64,000 nucleotides of DNA from Marsupella aquatica (Eukaryota > Plantae > Marchantiophyta). The notes beneath the pieces were generated by a model that saw only the letters and a list, made by a program, of their open reading frames with translations, ran no database searches and had not been told where the DNA came from. The stretch is from positions 8,543,079-8,607,078 of the forward strand of contig OZ316898.1 in NCBI GenBank assembly GCA_973895155.1. Reading direction: 5' to 3'. Position 1 is the first letter of the stretch, and every line of letters begins with the position of its first letter. The position numbers and the translations under genes are program-made. Below, piece by piece: positions 11,646 through 25,100 of this stretch.

Positions 11646-14600
11646 TCAGTTGCCACGATGGATGGGCAGATTCTCAGCTGTAAACCAAACATAGATTAGA
11701 AGAAATTCTTTCATTTTCTTCAACTCCGGCTTCAACCCCTTTAATGTATAAAACACTGCACTGTATAATAGGGCACAATGTCTGAGACAATACACTCACT
11801 GTAATGTGCATTCAGAAGCAATTCAACATGATCGAAGCTATCTTGCTGACTTCGCATTGTCTCTCCCTACAATTTCAGTGCTCTACTCAAAGCTAAAGTA
11901 AAACACTGTTCATGCATTTACACTGTTCATGCAATCATAATTTTTTATGAGATCGAGGCCAGTCTAATCTGGAGCCCTGATCTACAACTGTGAATTGTTT
12001 GATTTGAAACCTGCGTATAGTTTGACAAGCCACACTAACTATCACTGACCCGAGTTTAATTTAAATTTCTCCTGATCGATTGAAGTACGGTTCATGAGCA
12101 CTGATCCTTAAAGAGTGAACGTCAGACCAAAGGCTTCCGGAAAGCAAAAGTACCTGCTTCTCCGTTCGAATTGTGCATATTCATTTCCGCTGCAGCGGTC
12201 ATCTGGTCAGATTTCATGTGCATCATCTCTGAATTGTCTACCATCTCTTGGTCCATCGGCAGGACTCCATTCTTCGGAGTCCAGTTCGATCCAGTGTGGG
12301 TCATTTCTGAATCGTCCCTATGTCCCATCATTTCTGAATCCCTTCGACTCATGTGCATAGTTCCGGAGGTGCTGCGGCAGTCCGCTCCATTCATGCATGA
12401 ACTTTGGCCATCAATGATCTTCTCATCACTATGTCCCATGAATTCTGAATCCCTTGGGCTCAAGTACATGATCTCGGAGGTACTCCTGCAGTCTGCCCCA
12501 TTAGTGCATGAACTTCGGCCAGTGATTTCCTGAGCATGCCTACGTTCCATTATTTCTGACTCGTCCCTACGTCCGATCATTTCTGAATTCCTCCCGCTCA
12601 TGTGCACGGCCCCGGAGGTCCTCTGGCAGTCAACTCCATTGGTACATGAACTTGCGCCAGTGATCTCCGCGGTGGACCTGGTCAAGCGGTTCGAGGTCGA
12701 GCCCCGCATGTTTGAACTCCTCCTTTCCGCATCAATAGGACCAAAATGCCCATCTCGGCTGGCCTCCATAGCCCCGGCAGCTGTAGATTTGGTCATTCCT
12801 TGGTTGGCCATCGGCGAGGTCTCCTGTGTGTTAGCCATCTTCTTTGCAGCTTCATTTATTGCGGAGGTCGTTCTCTCCATCTTCACCCACTTTGGAGATG
12901 AGATTATCTCTCGATCATTTCGCGTGCGATGCTGTCTTGCCGCCATGGGTTCCTCATTCTGGGCGATATTTGTGTGACAGTCACCGTTGCTGCAGGAGCT
13001 CATTCTCCCTCGTGTTGTTGATTGCATCGTTTCCATCGATCGGGCGTTGTTGTCGGCCTCGGCCATGCGACAGTCAGCTCCTCCAAGTCTGCAAGAACTG
13101 AGCGATAAGTCATGATTTCTCTGGGAGATGTGCATTTTCTGAGAGCCTTGAAGTTCTCCATCAATAGCAGCGTCGCAGTCAGCTCCATTCATTCCGGAGC
13201 ATCTTTCTGCTGCTGTAGAGGAGTCAATTGAATCAGCTTCGGAGTTCCCCGATTGTGAGCCCATATTCATCTCGGCATCTGAACGCCTAGAGCTAAGGGG
13301 CATGGTTTCGTGCTCCATGGCTCTTGAATCCGTCCTATGGCCGACCCCACGGCGATCGCTGCTGCTGCGACAGTCTTTTCCTTGGCAGAAAGTTGAAGAT
13401 GATTGCTGCCGTTCCATCATGTTTCCGATCATTGACCGAGCTGCGTTCGAGTTTCGCATTGTGTGAGAATTAGCACTCGTCTGCTCCCAGCCTTGCATGT
13501 TGGCAGAGTTTGTCGTCCTCTCCAAGTCTCCCCTCCTGGGGAGAGTGTTCATTTGTTCTGCATCTCCCATCGTCTCTGATCCAAGTCCCTTCTCGCCGTC
13601 AAGATTATTGTGCATCTGACCTGACTCCATCATATTGTTAGCGTCTCTTGTGCTTTCTAGGTCTCTCCTCCCCTCGGAGGTCCTAGCGCTGTACGAGTCT
13701 TGCATCATTTCTGATTGCTCGTCCTGAGCATTTCCAAGGGCGGCACTCCTCCATGATTCGGAATTTCTCAAATTCGCCGCAGATTCTCCGACTCTGTTTT
13801 GGTCCATCATCTGGTTCGAGTCCCTCCTACTCTCAGAGTTCAGCATTTCCTCCAAGTGTCGACTTGACCTCTCATGGACCTCCATTGTATCCATTTGTTG
13901 CGAGGTCCTCATGTTGTGAGAGTCTTTCAACCCATCTGAGTCCATCATCCTGTCCGAGTTTGGTATGATCTGAGAGTCTCTCATGCTGTGGGTGTAGCTC
14001 ATTCCTTCCGAGTCTATCATGTTCTGCGAATCTCTCATTCCGTCCGAGGCTATCATTCTGTGCGAGTCTCTCATCGACATATCAGAGTCTATCATTCCCT
14101 GTGAGTCTCTCATCTTCTGTGAGCCTGAGCTCAATCTCTCCGAGGCTCTGGATCTATCCGAATCAATGTCTCTCATCTTTTCTGCGCTCCACTCTGCTCT
14201 AGACTGTGACTCCTGTCTGGTCCGTTGTGACTCCCTCAATCTCTGTGGGTTTCTGATTCTCTTATCAATATCACTCATTGTATCTGCTGAGTCTGTGATC
14301 CTCTCCGAGTCACTCATCCTGTCCATTCTAGGGTCGTTCATTTTCTCCAACTCACTCAGATGTCTATGTGCCGCGTCTCTCATCCATTCGGACTTCTCCC
14401 TCATCCTGTCGGAGTCTCTCAGGGACGTCTGATCCTCTCTGTGTCTGTTGGAGTGTAGACTTGAATGCTCCATATTCATATTTTTGAGCTCAGAGTCCCT
14501 CACCCACTCGGAGTTGTCGTCATGATTAGCCATCTTCTGGTCAGAACTCTTCGCCAATGCAGCGGCTGAGTCCATGAAGCTTAGGCTGTTCGTCGACTTA

Positions 14601-14839
14601 GCTGACTGGTGCATCTTGTCAAGATCTTGCTCCATTGTACTCCTCGTTTGGCAGCTCTCTCTTCCGGCGCATGCATTGGTCGACGCAGTAGTACCGGATG
14701 GTTGAGCTGCGCCGTCCAGCAGGTCCGTGCGCCCCATATTGCGACTAGTCGCATTGCAGGATGGGAAGGACAGGCCCAGCAACAGAGTGGTAAGCAACAG
14801 ACCCTCGAAAAGTACCGAGAGACGACTGCGAGTCGCCAT
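11646..14839 (-). CDS. Secreted low-complexity Met/Ser/Arg/Asp-rich protein with eight Cys-loop motifs, function unknown
   Basis: 905-codon open frame with a hydrophobic signal peptide (LSVLFEGLLLTTLLLGLSFPSCNA). Probable donor GCAG|GTACTT at 12154/12153 and acceptor ctaatctatgtttggtttacag at 11678 give a last exon 11677-11646 (..AENLPIHRGN*). If unspliced, the stop is at 12122. Confidence 0.8.
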
Positions 14840-17800
14840 CGTTGCAATTCAATGCAAGTCTCCGGAGCACAAGGCCTACCAAGACAGTCTCGTAAAGTAG
14901 AGATGGTTTGTTGATTCCAGTGACCCTGGAGCTGCTAGAATCCGAGGACACCCCTCAAATGCTGGTGTTGGATCTCACTACATTGTCAGCTTTATATGTG
15001 TTTTTCTAGCGGAGACTGCGGGAGAGCTGTCTCATGAATTACCAACTGTTGGTTGCCCAGCTTGAAGCCTGCACTACAGCAGCTGCAGTTCAACGTACTG
15101 TCCACAGGCAGCAAGGGCGGCTGGTCCAACTGCCCGGACGGACGAGCTCGACATAGTACAATCGTGCGAAACGGGCGACTCATGAGTTTAGATCTTTGTG
15201 CCACTTGGAAATTCCATATTGTTCCTACCGCAGTCACCCATTCCACGCGTACATAATATTGTGGGAAGCCAACTGATCTGGGCATCTAATTAAGGTTTAG
15301 AGTTGAGTCGGGCAATCGAACATATAAGACATTTTAGATAGCCCGCCCCTCTAATAATGCTCAACAATATGGTCAATTTGATACGAGGAAACCCTCAAAT
15401 CAAATCAGACCTAATCTTCGAACCTAGCTTTTTGTTTGGTCAGTCCTAGCTAGGTACCTGATCGAGTTTTGCTTGTTCCCTGGTCTAGCCGAAATCCAAA
15501 GCCGCAAGCAAGCAGGGTTTTGGTGTCCTTGAGCTTCAGTTGCTTACAGGCACAAGGCAAATAGACATCCGGCTGAGGATTCATTTGGCCACTTCTGGCT
15601 CAAGGTGCACTCTACAGATGAAATTGATCAGCTACTTAGCTTGATAGGATGTCTGTGGAACCGTATTTTTAGTTTTGAGGCCGGTGCTCGGTTAAAAAAA
15701 TTTCAGAAGTGGTTTTGTATAATTCTGTAAGAGTCTGCATACCAATTACTCTGTCGTAGTTTGATTTCCGGGCCTCTGTAATCTATTTCTTGCTCTGAAG
15801 ACCATCCTCTCTTAATAAAAATCCGGCAAAAGTCATGAATGCATTCGAACGGAAGCGAGAGTTTGCGAGAAAAGTTTTTAACTCCGTAATTGATTTCGAG
15901 AACCAATTATTTTCTTCCACGTAAACGCGCATAAGGAATGCACTATAGGCAGCTTTCTGACTCTGGGTGAATTATGTAATCCGGACCAAAAACCCTGTCA
16001 AGTACCACTAATTGAGCGCGTCTTGCGTGTTTCTTTGCAATAGCTAGCGGGATCATCGAATTTAACTCCATCAAGTTTCCCACCATAGAATTCGACACGC
16101 GGAACTTTTGATATTTATGCTTGAGACGCTTTTTATTTAGCACTTTCTGCTTACAATTGGACGACGAGCCGAATGTATACAACGAAAGTATCAGGGATTT
16201 ATAATGAACTACCCTAGCTATATTGCCTGGTTGGCCAATTACATCATCATCACCCCAGGTTAAGCTGGAAGAGAATTTATACATATTCAGCTTCTCCCGC
16301 AGGTATAAAGTTCATCTCTTGTTGAATTTCTTCTTCGCTTTCGAGCCCTATCGCAATCGAAAACCAAATTCTCTTTATGCATCAAGAAAATTGCTCAATC
16401 TGGCTAGAGGCAAGCGACCTGTGATCAAACGACCAGATTGGGTACGTACAGTACAAATCGTCTATCCCAGATTTCAACCAAATGAATCCCAACGAACCGA
16501 AGAATCGACATCCCAATTAGACACGAATGCAAAATACAGTAGATCCTACCTGCATCACTCAATTTTACCAACCAGTTTCACATATCTCGACGAGTTCTTC
16601 GTCCTGATTCATCTCAGATATTCTCTTTCCTGCAAGGTACGAGTCTCAAAATACCTCACCTAGTCTGTTATACCGTACCTCGATCACGCACAGTCTACCA
16701 TTGACGTCAGCTCGCTTGAGATTGGTGCGGCGATTATGCACAACAGATCGGTACGTCGAACTGTAGACCAGCTAGCTACTGAACAGTACCGGAACAACCG
16801 TGTCTTGTTGACGTCAGCTCAAATGCTGAATGTATGTTTCAATTCAGAACCTGCACAGGCTCCCCACTGTCAGACTGTGCCCCCGAGGCCCCGAGTGTCT
16901 ATCTTCTAATCGTGACTAATGTAGTGTGGACTTGGTTCACATTCAAGGAGTCTAGCTAGTACTAATCTTGGACCACGTACTGAGATATGTCAACTGCAAT
17001 CCGGATAGGGAACAGCACTGTAGATAGGGAACACCCATCTAATGACAGACTACCGTATATGGCTTGTAATTGCTCTCCAATTCGTAGAATCTCTTCAAGA
17101 ATATTTTGCTTTACGTACGACCGCCCAAATGGGTTACTTTCGTTTTGCGATCGGTAATGAATCCAAACCAGCGCAAGTTCACTTGATATATCACCCACGT
17201 GGATAGTTAAGACAGGAACGATCTAGCTGCGTAATCCAGTTACGTTAGCACGTATGGATCCAGAGAAGTCATGGACATTTCGGTACTCACAGGTTGAATA
17301 TGTTCCAGAACCAAACCGGGACACAGGTTCCTTGCCTTGTAAGTAAACTTCATTCGGGAAGAGGGCGGAGATCCTGCCGGATTTCCCAAATTTTCTTGTT
17401 TAAGGTAGGTTTTCAGTTACTTGTGGTTCGGTGTCGACAGCCCAAATAGAGTGGAACAGCTGGCAAATTGGGCACATGCAGGTAACTCGCCTAGCTTATT
17501 CTCGGTGCAGTACATACTGCCGGGATCCAGCAGAATATATTCTAATATGGCTTTCACAAGCACGTATGAGATATATTACATGCAGTCAGGTACTGCGAAT
17601 TCGGTCTCGACCATGTGTATCCATGGAATAGCTGGCTGAGCATTGTGGTGGTTCAGAACAAGAATTGAAATTGGTGAATGTAAACCTACAGTCAGGTGGC
17701 CCACGTGTGTCCATTCTCGAGTTACCCTAAACTGGCAGCCAGGGCCAGCTTCAAGAAACTACAGTTGAAGGAGTAAACTTTTCCAAGTACTTTTTTTGTA

Positions 17801-17913
17801 CATTTAATCGACATACAGTCATACATTCAGATCTAAATAACTACAATTCCTCAGGAAAACTATGGTAGTAGTTCGTCAGGATCTGGAGTAGTATACGATT
17901 ACTATTATCATAG

Positions 17914-19762
17914 ATGGCTGGTGCTCAGCGTGACCTGTCAGTTGTTCTTCGGACGCTGCTGACCTTCTCACTGCTCCTGGCAGGCACAGGGAGTGCACAA
18001 CATGGGGAGGCCACTTTAAACCGCCATGAGGCAAGTTCGATTATGAGTAGTCGACGCCTAGGAGTCGACGCATTCTCAAGGTCTATGGGGCGCCTGCATT
18101 CGGATTTAGGCTTAGTAGCAGCAAGGGTGAGAGATTTGGGCAGCTTATCGGGTAAATTGACAACCGATGACACACATCATGGTCGCGTCCTTCAAGCAGA
18201 TAGTCCTGTCAAGGATTTTGAATCATTGACAAGAGGAAGCGTCCACATGAATCGTGATTCAGAAGTAAGGAAAACTTCTTCAAATTCATCAGGGCAACCT
18301 CAGCAGGTGAGAACTAGCTGGTGGGGCTCATGGAGAGGCTACAATAAAGTTAGCAATCAATCATTGTACGTGCTGTATGAAAATAGATCCAGATCGTGAC
18401 CAAAGGATTTAATTAAACTGGAAAGTTTAAGAAATTGAACGGTTATCTTTCAGTAATTTTGTCTTCTTTGCAACACTCTCGATCGATCCTGGCTGGAGGA
18501 CTTTCGTCTTTCCATGCATTACAATCATTGTAATGACCTCACAGCTGATCGACAGGTGTCCAAACTATGAAAGAAAAATGATTTGAAAGCTGTGGAGTCA
18601 ATCTTGCAAAAACATGCAGCTGCTGCAGACAGAGGCTTTAGTGAATAAATAGTTTGTAAGCTTGGCATCGACACGGAATGCACGTTTAAATTCTAGAACG
18701 CTATACCGTAGAGCTGGAGGTTTAAACCGATCGACCAGGGGTGTCTCAAGTACTGGAATCGATCGCTAACCTAGATGAGAGACTTATGGCCTCAAACTAA
18801 CGTATAAACTCTCAATTGCTTGCATAGCTTTCATCACAAATGAAATAAATATACATCACAATGACCACAAACTGGAATTTTGACTGATTGAATAGAATTT
18901 TCGAATGATGGCCAATGTACAAAAACAGAGACTAAAGTTCCGGTTTGCCATGTGTGGACTGGAAGGTTCTCATGCGTGATATCTATGAACCCAAACAAAT
19001 GACTCTCTGTCCTCAGTACTTGAACATGTTCATTGGCCGGGACCCTGTAATCCAATTTGTAGCTGAGATAGACAATGAGGCTTTGATTTTTGTCTCAGCT
19101 TGATTGGGCCTGCAAATTAAATGCTGTTTCAAATGGCTTATAGTACTGTAGTTGTTCTCGATCAATTACGTACAACGTAAGCTAAAACAAATTCTTGACC
19201 ATCGATTCGAACTGTAACTGTTCTGATCTCCTCGATCAAACTTAGTATCTTTGAAACAAAACTGATATGTACGTAGACTGAGCATTGATCATTTCGATTG
19301 AATCTAATCGGTTGAAATGTGATCCCGGATGTGATGACTGTACTTCAGTTATGCGAATACACGGTGATTATTCAGACTGGAAATCAGGATGGAGCGGGCA
19401 CGGATTCAGACATTCGAGTCCTTCTGTCAAGCAAAACTGGCGAGCAGGTGTACTTCAAGAATCTTCAAAATGGGCACAAGACGTTCGAGAGAGGGCACAG
19501 GGACACTTTTGTGTTCCCAGACCGACCTTGCGTCGCCGATATCTGTCAAATGGTGCTCTACACCGATGACTACGGCCCCTTCAGCGAGTGGTTTGTCGTC
19601 AGCCTCAGCTACAAGGTTGCTCCAATAATTCTCGACCCAAGAATGGGGTCAGGGGGCATTCTGCAAGAGAAGGAGTGGTGGATTAACGAGTGGCTGCCGA
19701 AGAACGACGACGACAGTGAGGAGCTTTACACCATCCGCGACGATTGTGGGAGCACTCCATGA
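17914..19762 (+). CDS. Secreted PLAT/LH2-domain protein (plant PLAT/ATS3-like), 2 exons: 17914-18306 and 19349-19762
   Basis: Signal peptide; phase-0 intron CAG|gtgaga ... ttcag|TTA; PLAT signature CEYTVIIQTG..GAGTDSDI...FERGHRDTF...IC....D..G....WFV. Confidence 0.85.
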
Positions 19763-21439
19763 ATGAATTAATCTTCAGTTGCGTCCACTGTCTTTGTAGT
19801 GTAGAGCCGAGTACCTTAGACCTAACTTGGTTTGAGTATATGAATAGTCATTTTAGCTTGCTTCCAGACTTTACATCTGTCCCACTTAATTAAATCTTTC
19901 CCAGCCAAAGGGATTTCTTAGTCACTCTACTTTTAGTGAAAAATGGAGCTTGAGTTTTACCAGACCTTTCAGTTTGTTCTGCACTAGGGGCTGTAGTTAT
20001 TTTGCCCTTAAGTAATGGGTTTCTCAAGCATTTTGCATTTTGGTCTCCTCTTTATTGGGTCTGGCTAGACATTTTTGCTCTTTCCCAACATGATCGATAT
20101 GTATTATTTAAATGATGTTCCCATGTAGTGAGCCCAGTGAACCATGCAACCCCATGACCCTAACACCTTTCACACTTTCACTCATTGGCACCTTTCTTGT
20201 TTTTGATTTCAACGAAGATAATTATGACCTTCAATATCTCTTTTGATATAGGATGGAGCCTGCTTTTTGGAGGCCGCTACTTTTCTAACCAGTATAATAT
20301 CAATAGCTAGTTTAATTAATACTTGAGAGATTTGTATAACTATCAATTTTGAAAGATTAGTCAGGGGATTAGTCCATGACTCATTGGATGTCCAAACTTT
20401 GCACTTCACAACAATTTTGAGCGTCTAACTTTCACACAATATTTCCCTCTATATCCCTGATGGAATCTTGAGCGCATGCATTTTGTGGATATTTTAGAAT
20501 CAAACGACTTGAAAAGACCTTCCAACGAGTCTAATAGCCTCAAATTAATTGAAAATTGAGAGAGGGGTCAGTGACACTTTTCAAAGATGATTATTGCTAC
20601 CTAAAATGTGGTCATAGTGTTGTAAGTAGCATGCTACCTATATATATATCTTTCATCAGTGAGTGTAGTATGTAGTATCATGTAATATATGGGAAAAGGG
20701 TTTTATTGCTATCCCTCCTGGTCACTTGCCAGATGCTGTTCTAGCATTTTGGCAAACATGAAGCCAGGTACATCCAAGCCCGTATATAACTAGCTGACAC
20801 AGCCAAACATGAGGGCAAGCATGAGGGCGCCCATTCAACAAAAGAACACATTTTCCAGCATATTGTCATACAAAGGTTTTCAGGCTGCTGCTTTTTGAAT
20901 TTAATTTAATTTCTCACCATTTCCCAAAACAGCCTGCATGTTTTTGTAGCCCACTGTACCATTTTTGGAACCTCACATTCTTGTGTTGATTTTTTAATCA
21001 ACAACTAAAATATACAATCTCCCATTCTGCCAATTGTCTGTTTCACAAAGCAGAAAAAGAGGGACAAATCCTGGTTTGTCCTGAAAACTAACATCTTTCT
21101 GTGCCCAGGGAAGGGGAGGTGTTTTTTTTATCCCTCCTTTTATTGTTGTGCAATCATCAATGCCTTGGACCTTGTGATCATTGTCACCCATCTCATGCTC
21201 CTGCAAACTCTCCCACAGTCTTGCCCTTCTTGGCGATTGCAACATGAACATCAACGACAATGACAATGTCTTTGTAACAACTTGCTTACAACCATTCAAC
21301 CAATATTACTACACTTCTGTGACCACAACATGACTGTGCTGATGGACGATGCAGATCACACAAAATCAGCAACAACCCCAATGGCCAGAGTGACAAGTTC
21401 CCACTTGATCAGTTGAAATTAAAGAACAATTGACTAGTT

Positions 21440-22185
21440 GAACCTGTTAGCGGGAACCGGAAGCTAGCCCGCCACAACAATTTAAGGGGGGGAGGCACAA
21501 AAAGGGTGAGGGCGGCGCCCTATTTTACCCAAAATGACACTTTTGGCACATTTTTTAGCTCCAATAGCACACACTGCGCCTGTCAGTTTTCCCTGCTTCT
21601 GCTGCGACGTTTGGTGCTTAGGCTTGACGTTTTTATGAGTAAACTGCCTTGACATTTTTATCAAGTAAATTGCCTCGACATTTTTTGTTGCTATGACTTC
21701 CTGTCTTCTTATCACGAGCTCTGTCACCGAGCATTCCTGCAAGCACTTTGTCATCAAGCACTCTGCCATTGTTTGTCACCAGCTCAAGCACGAGCTGAGC
21801 TCCGTCTGTCCACCTTGCTCCAAGCACTCATAGTTGTGTTTACATTGTGTGTACAACGTGCTTAAACAGGAATCTAGGTTTCTCCCGTAAATAGTCATAA
21901 ATTGTCCTTTGCGGGCACTGCGACTTTGTTCCTTACAGTCACATACGTGCAACTTGGGTACCCTATTATGAAGATGTCAAACAAAGTTTATGTATAAAAT
22001 TGACTAGACTCCGAGCCTGATATTAGGTGTATCCCAATGGTTCAAAGTTCTGCCTAACAACCAGGTGATTTTGGGTTCAAATCTTGGTGGAGAACTTTTG
22101 GCTCTTGCCACTCAAAAAAGAAATTAAAAAAGGCTTTTGAGGGCCAGAAATCATGGCAGGAACTCGGGTTCCCGCTAACAGGTTC
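21440..22185. mobile_element. Non-autonomous TIR DNA transposon (746 bp) with 4-bp TSD
   Basis: Perfect 19-bp TIR GAACCTGTTAGCGGGAACC; AGTT on both flanks (21436-21439 and 22186-22189). Confidence 0.8.
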
Positions 22186-25100
22186 AGTTCCACAACCACA
22201 ACATTACCAAAATGATAACCCGGCCACACAGACAACCTACTTAGTTGTATTGAAAATTGTGCAACCCACATATGTTGGGCTCAAAAGTCTACTTCTGTCC
22301 TACAGTGTCTTCTTTGCCTCAAAGCTAGACACATGGACCCTTGCATTGATGATAGCTTGGTTTGGCCAGCTCAGTCAATGTGGTTCAATCTTCCTAGGCT
22401 CGTCCTCAATGTCTTTTTCTATGATGGCTGCTCTGACTATCATCATTCAAGAGTGTGGTCTTCTTGTTAAAGAGCATCAACAGTCTCTAACCACTCTTAC
22501 TTGTAAGCTTTATATACGGCTCAGATCTTTGTTAAAGCACAACTGCCTATGTATAAGGGGAAACTGTCCAAAACTTCTCCCTTTTTCCACATTCGACTGG
22601 CTTCTTTCCTCTGATGTGCAAGTCTGCTCTTGACCACCATTTTGGGAAAGAATTACGGAACATTCATAGTGAAATTTGGATCCTATGGGTAACCAGTAGC
22701 TCTTGAAGGTGTGGTGAAACCACACAATTTCAGTTTCTCTATAATTTTGCTTCGGAATTCCCTAGGGAATTCTGGCTCTCTAATTGCTATGTGATTAAAG
22801 CAAAGTGCTAAGCAGTCAAATTACTCATCTGGTTGCCATAAGATTATGCTCTCGGGGAGTTCACTTAGTTATATATTGAATGTATGTTTTTGGGATGCCC
22901 TGTGGAATCTATACTTAATTAGTTTAAATAACTAAGCCTACTTTATAAAAATGTATTTGATGAATATTCCTATTATCAATGTTAAATGACCTACTATCTG
23001 TAGTAAAGGTGGTAAAAATTTAATTTAGAGAATGTTCTCTGTCCTTGGGTTTATGGGCAGCTAGCTAGCACCCAATTTCAATTTCTACAAATAAGGAATA
23101 TGAAGGTTTTTTTTTTTGTTTTTTTTTGGGGGGGGTGGGGTTAGCGGTTTTATTGAGTGCCCATTGAGTGATTTCCAATTAGGTCCTTGACATAGAGTAC
23201 CTAGTCCAATAAACAACTCATTAAAACCATTGAATGCTTCATGGTTTGATTGGGGATTTGATCTACCAAGAACAGTCAATCTCCCACTTCCTCATAAAAC
23301 TAGTTCTTATCCACCACTCGGGGCCTGTATGAGCTATACTCAAACCTTCCTGCAAGCCCTTCTGAGCATCACCCTTATAAAACACCTAAACACTCTTCAT
23401 ATTTGTTTCATATCAGCATTAATTTATATACTTTTCCTTCATTATTTTCAGTGCTCTTTGATCACACATTGCCAACTAGGAAATTGACGATGGAGATGCA
23501 ATTCAAGGCTTTCAAATTGCAACTTTTGAGCAAAGAATCTTTAGGATTAGATATGAAGGCTACATTGATTTGGAAGAGGTGGAGTGACCATTGAACACAA
23601 CCTTTGGACCCCTCAATCATATATGTCAACTGAAGACTTGACTCATTGCAATCATATATTTTGATAGGTTTGGTTCATATAGGTTCAATCTACTAAGTTT
23701 GGTCAGTCTAGAGGAAGTTGCAGATAGGTTCCCCTCTCAAACACAGATCAAGGTACCTTTGTATTAAAGATTGGTTTAATAGGTAAACATTAAAGATCCC
23801 ATTCTGGTCAGGTCTGAGACTTTCTTCTCCTCTTACCTTATGGGCTTGTCCATCAGAGGCACATTGCAAATGTAGTCAAGGCAGCAGACTTTTGCAAGTT
23901 TGCCTTGGATCTCTCAATCTCCACTATAGAATTATGGTCTCTTGCCAATGTTCACTATACAAAACAGTAAGAGGCCACTTGGTGTGAAAGTTTTTGTATC
24001 CTAATTGGTCAACTAAAGCGGGTCCTTGACTTATTGTCTGTTTGTGCTAGCTTGTCTGTCTGATCAAGGGGACGACCTGATTTCTAGTTGACACATTTAT
24101 GATTGTGTATCTTGTGATGTACACTTTTTAGTATCCTCTTACTTAGGAGTTTATTTCTTTCTGGTGTATTGCCCAGTGTTTTGGCTTTGATGTTGGGTGG
24201 ATTCCTATGGGAAGATAGTAGCACAAGTGTCCGGTCATTTTTGTAAAGTGCCCCTCATAAATGTAGTTTCCTAGCAATGTGAGTGGTCGTATGCAGCAAT
24301 CACAAGAATTCCACTTTGTTTGCAGCGAACACAAGAATTCCCACTTGTGGTTACTTCTTAATGGACTTCTCTATATTTTACACTCCATCCAGCTCCCCCT
24401 TATCTAAAGCCAAAGCAACCCAAACACCCAAAAAGAGGAAAAACTCTTTTTTTTTGGTTGAAATTAAGGTAGGCTTAGTCAATACTCTTATGTACTGTCT
24501 AGTTTTTTGGAAATATAGTGGTATATCATCTAATAAAATGCTATCAAAAGTAAGTTTACTGTCTAGTGACTGTGAAGCCTTTAGCTAGACCGTGACTCTG
24601 GGGGTACAACTATGGTGGGGTGGAACTAGAAATGGGCACCATGATATTGTCATCTAGATTTATAAACAAAGCTTGAGTTGAGCATTCAGGCCCGCATTCA
24701 GGCCAGTACACATAAATGCAGAATCTCCCCCCAAATTGGTGAAAGGTGACAAAACAATAAAAGTTATTGCAGCAAGTGCTTTCTGTAGAGTATGTCCACC
24801 TGTTGCTTGGTTTCTTTACGCAATACAATAAATCTCTGTATTCACACAGTAATTTTACCACAATGTATTGCATTGATGGGGTAAAGGGCAAGCTCACAGG
24901 TTACTGGCAAGTTTCTATTCTCTTCAAATGTGCGCTGTTGGATGGATTTTGGAAAACCCACTGAGTAATGAATCCAAAAAGCATGAATAAGCTATAGTGC
25001 CTCTCAAATCAAGATCAAGAGGGGGTTCAAGTAACTATAAAGCCCACTGAGTAAACTGAATATGCAATAACTGTTTAGTAACCCAGTTGGCTTGATGTTA

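Noticed and set aside
12122-14839. BURP-domain RiPP precursor
   Set aside because: No BURP domain (CH motifs) in the ORF or in the inferred last exon
12115-14914. Plus-strand ORFs overlapping the 905-aa gene (and similar antisense ORFs over other genes)
   Set aside because: Antisense shadows of repetitive or GC-rich coding sequence
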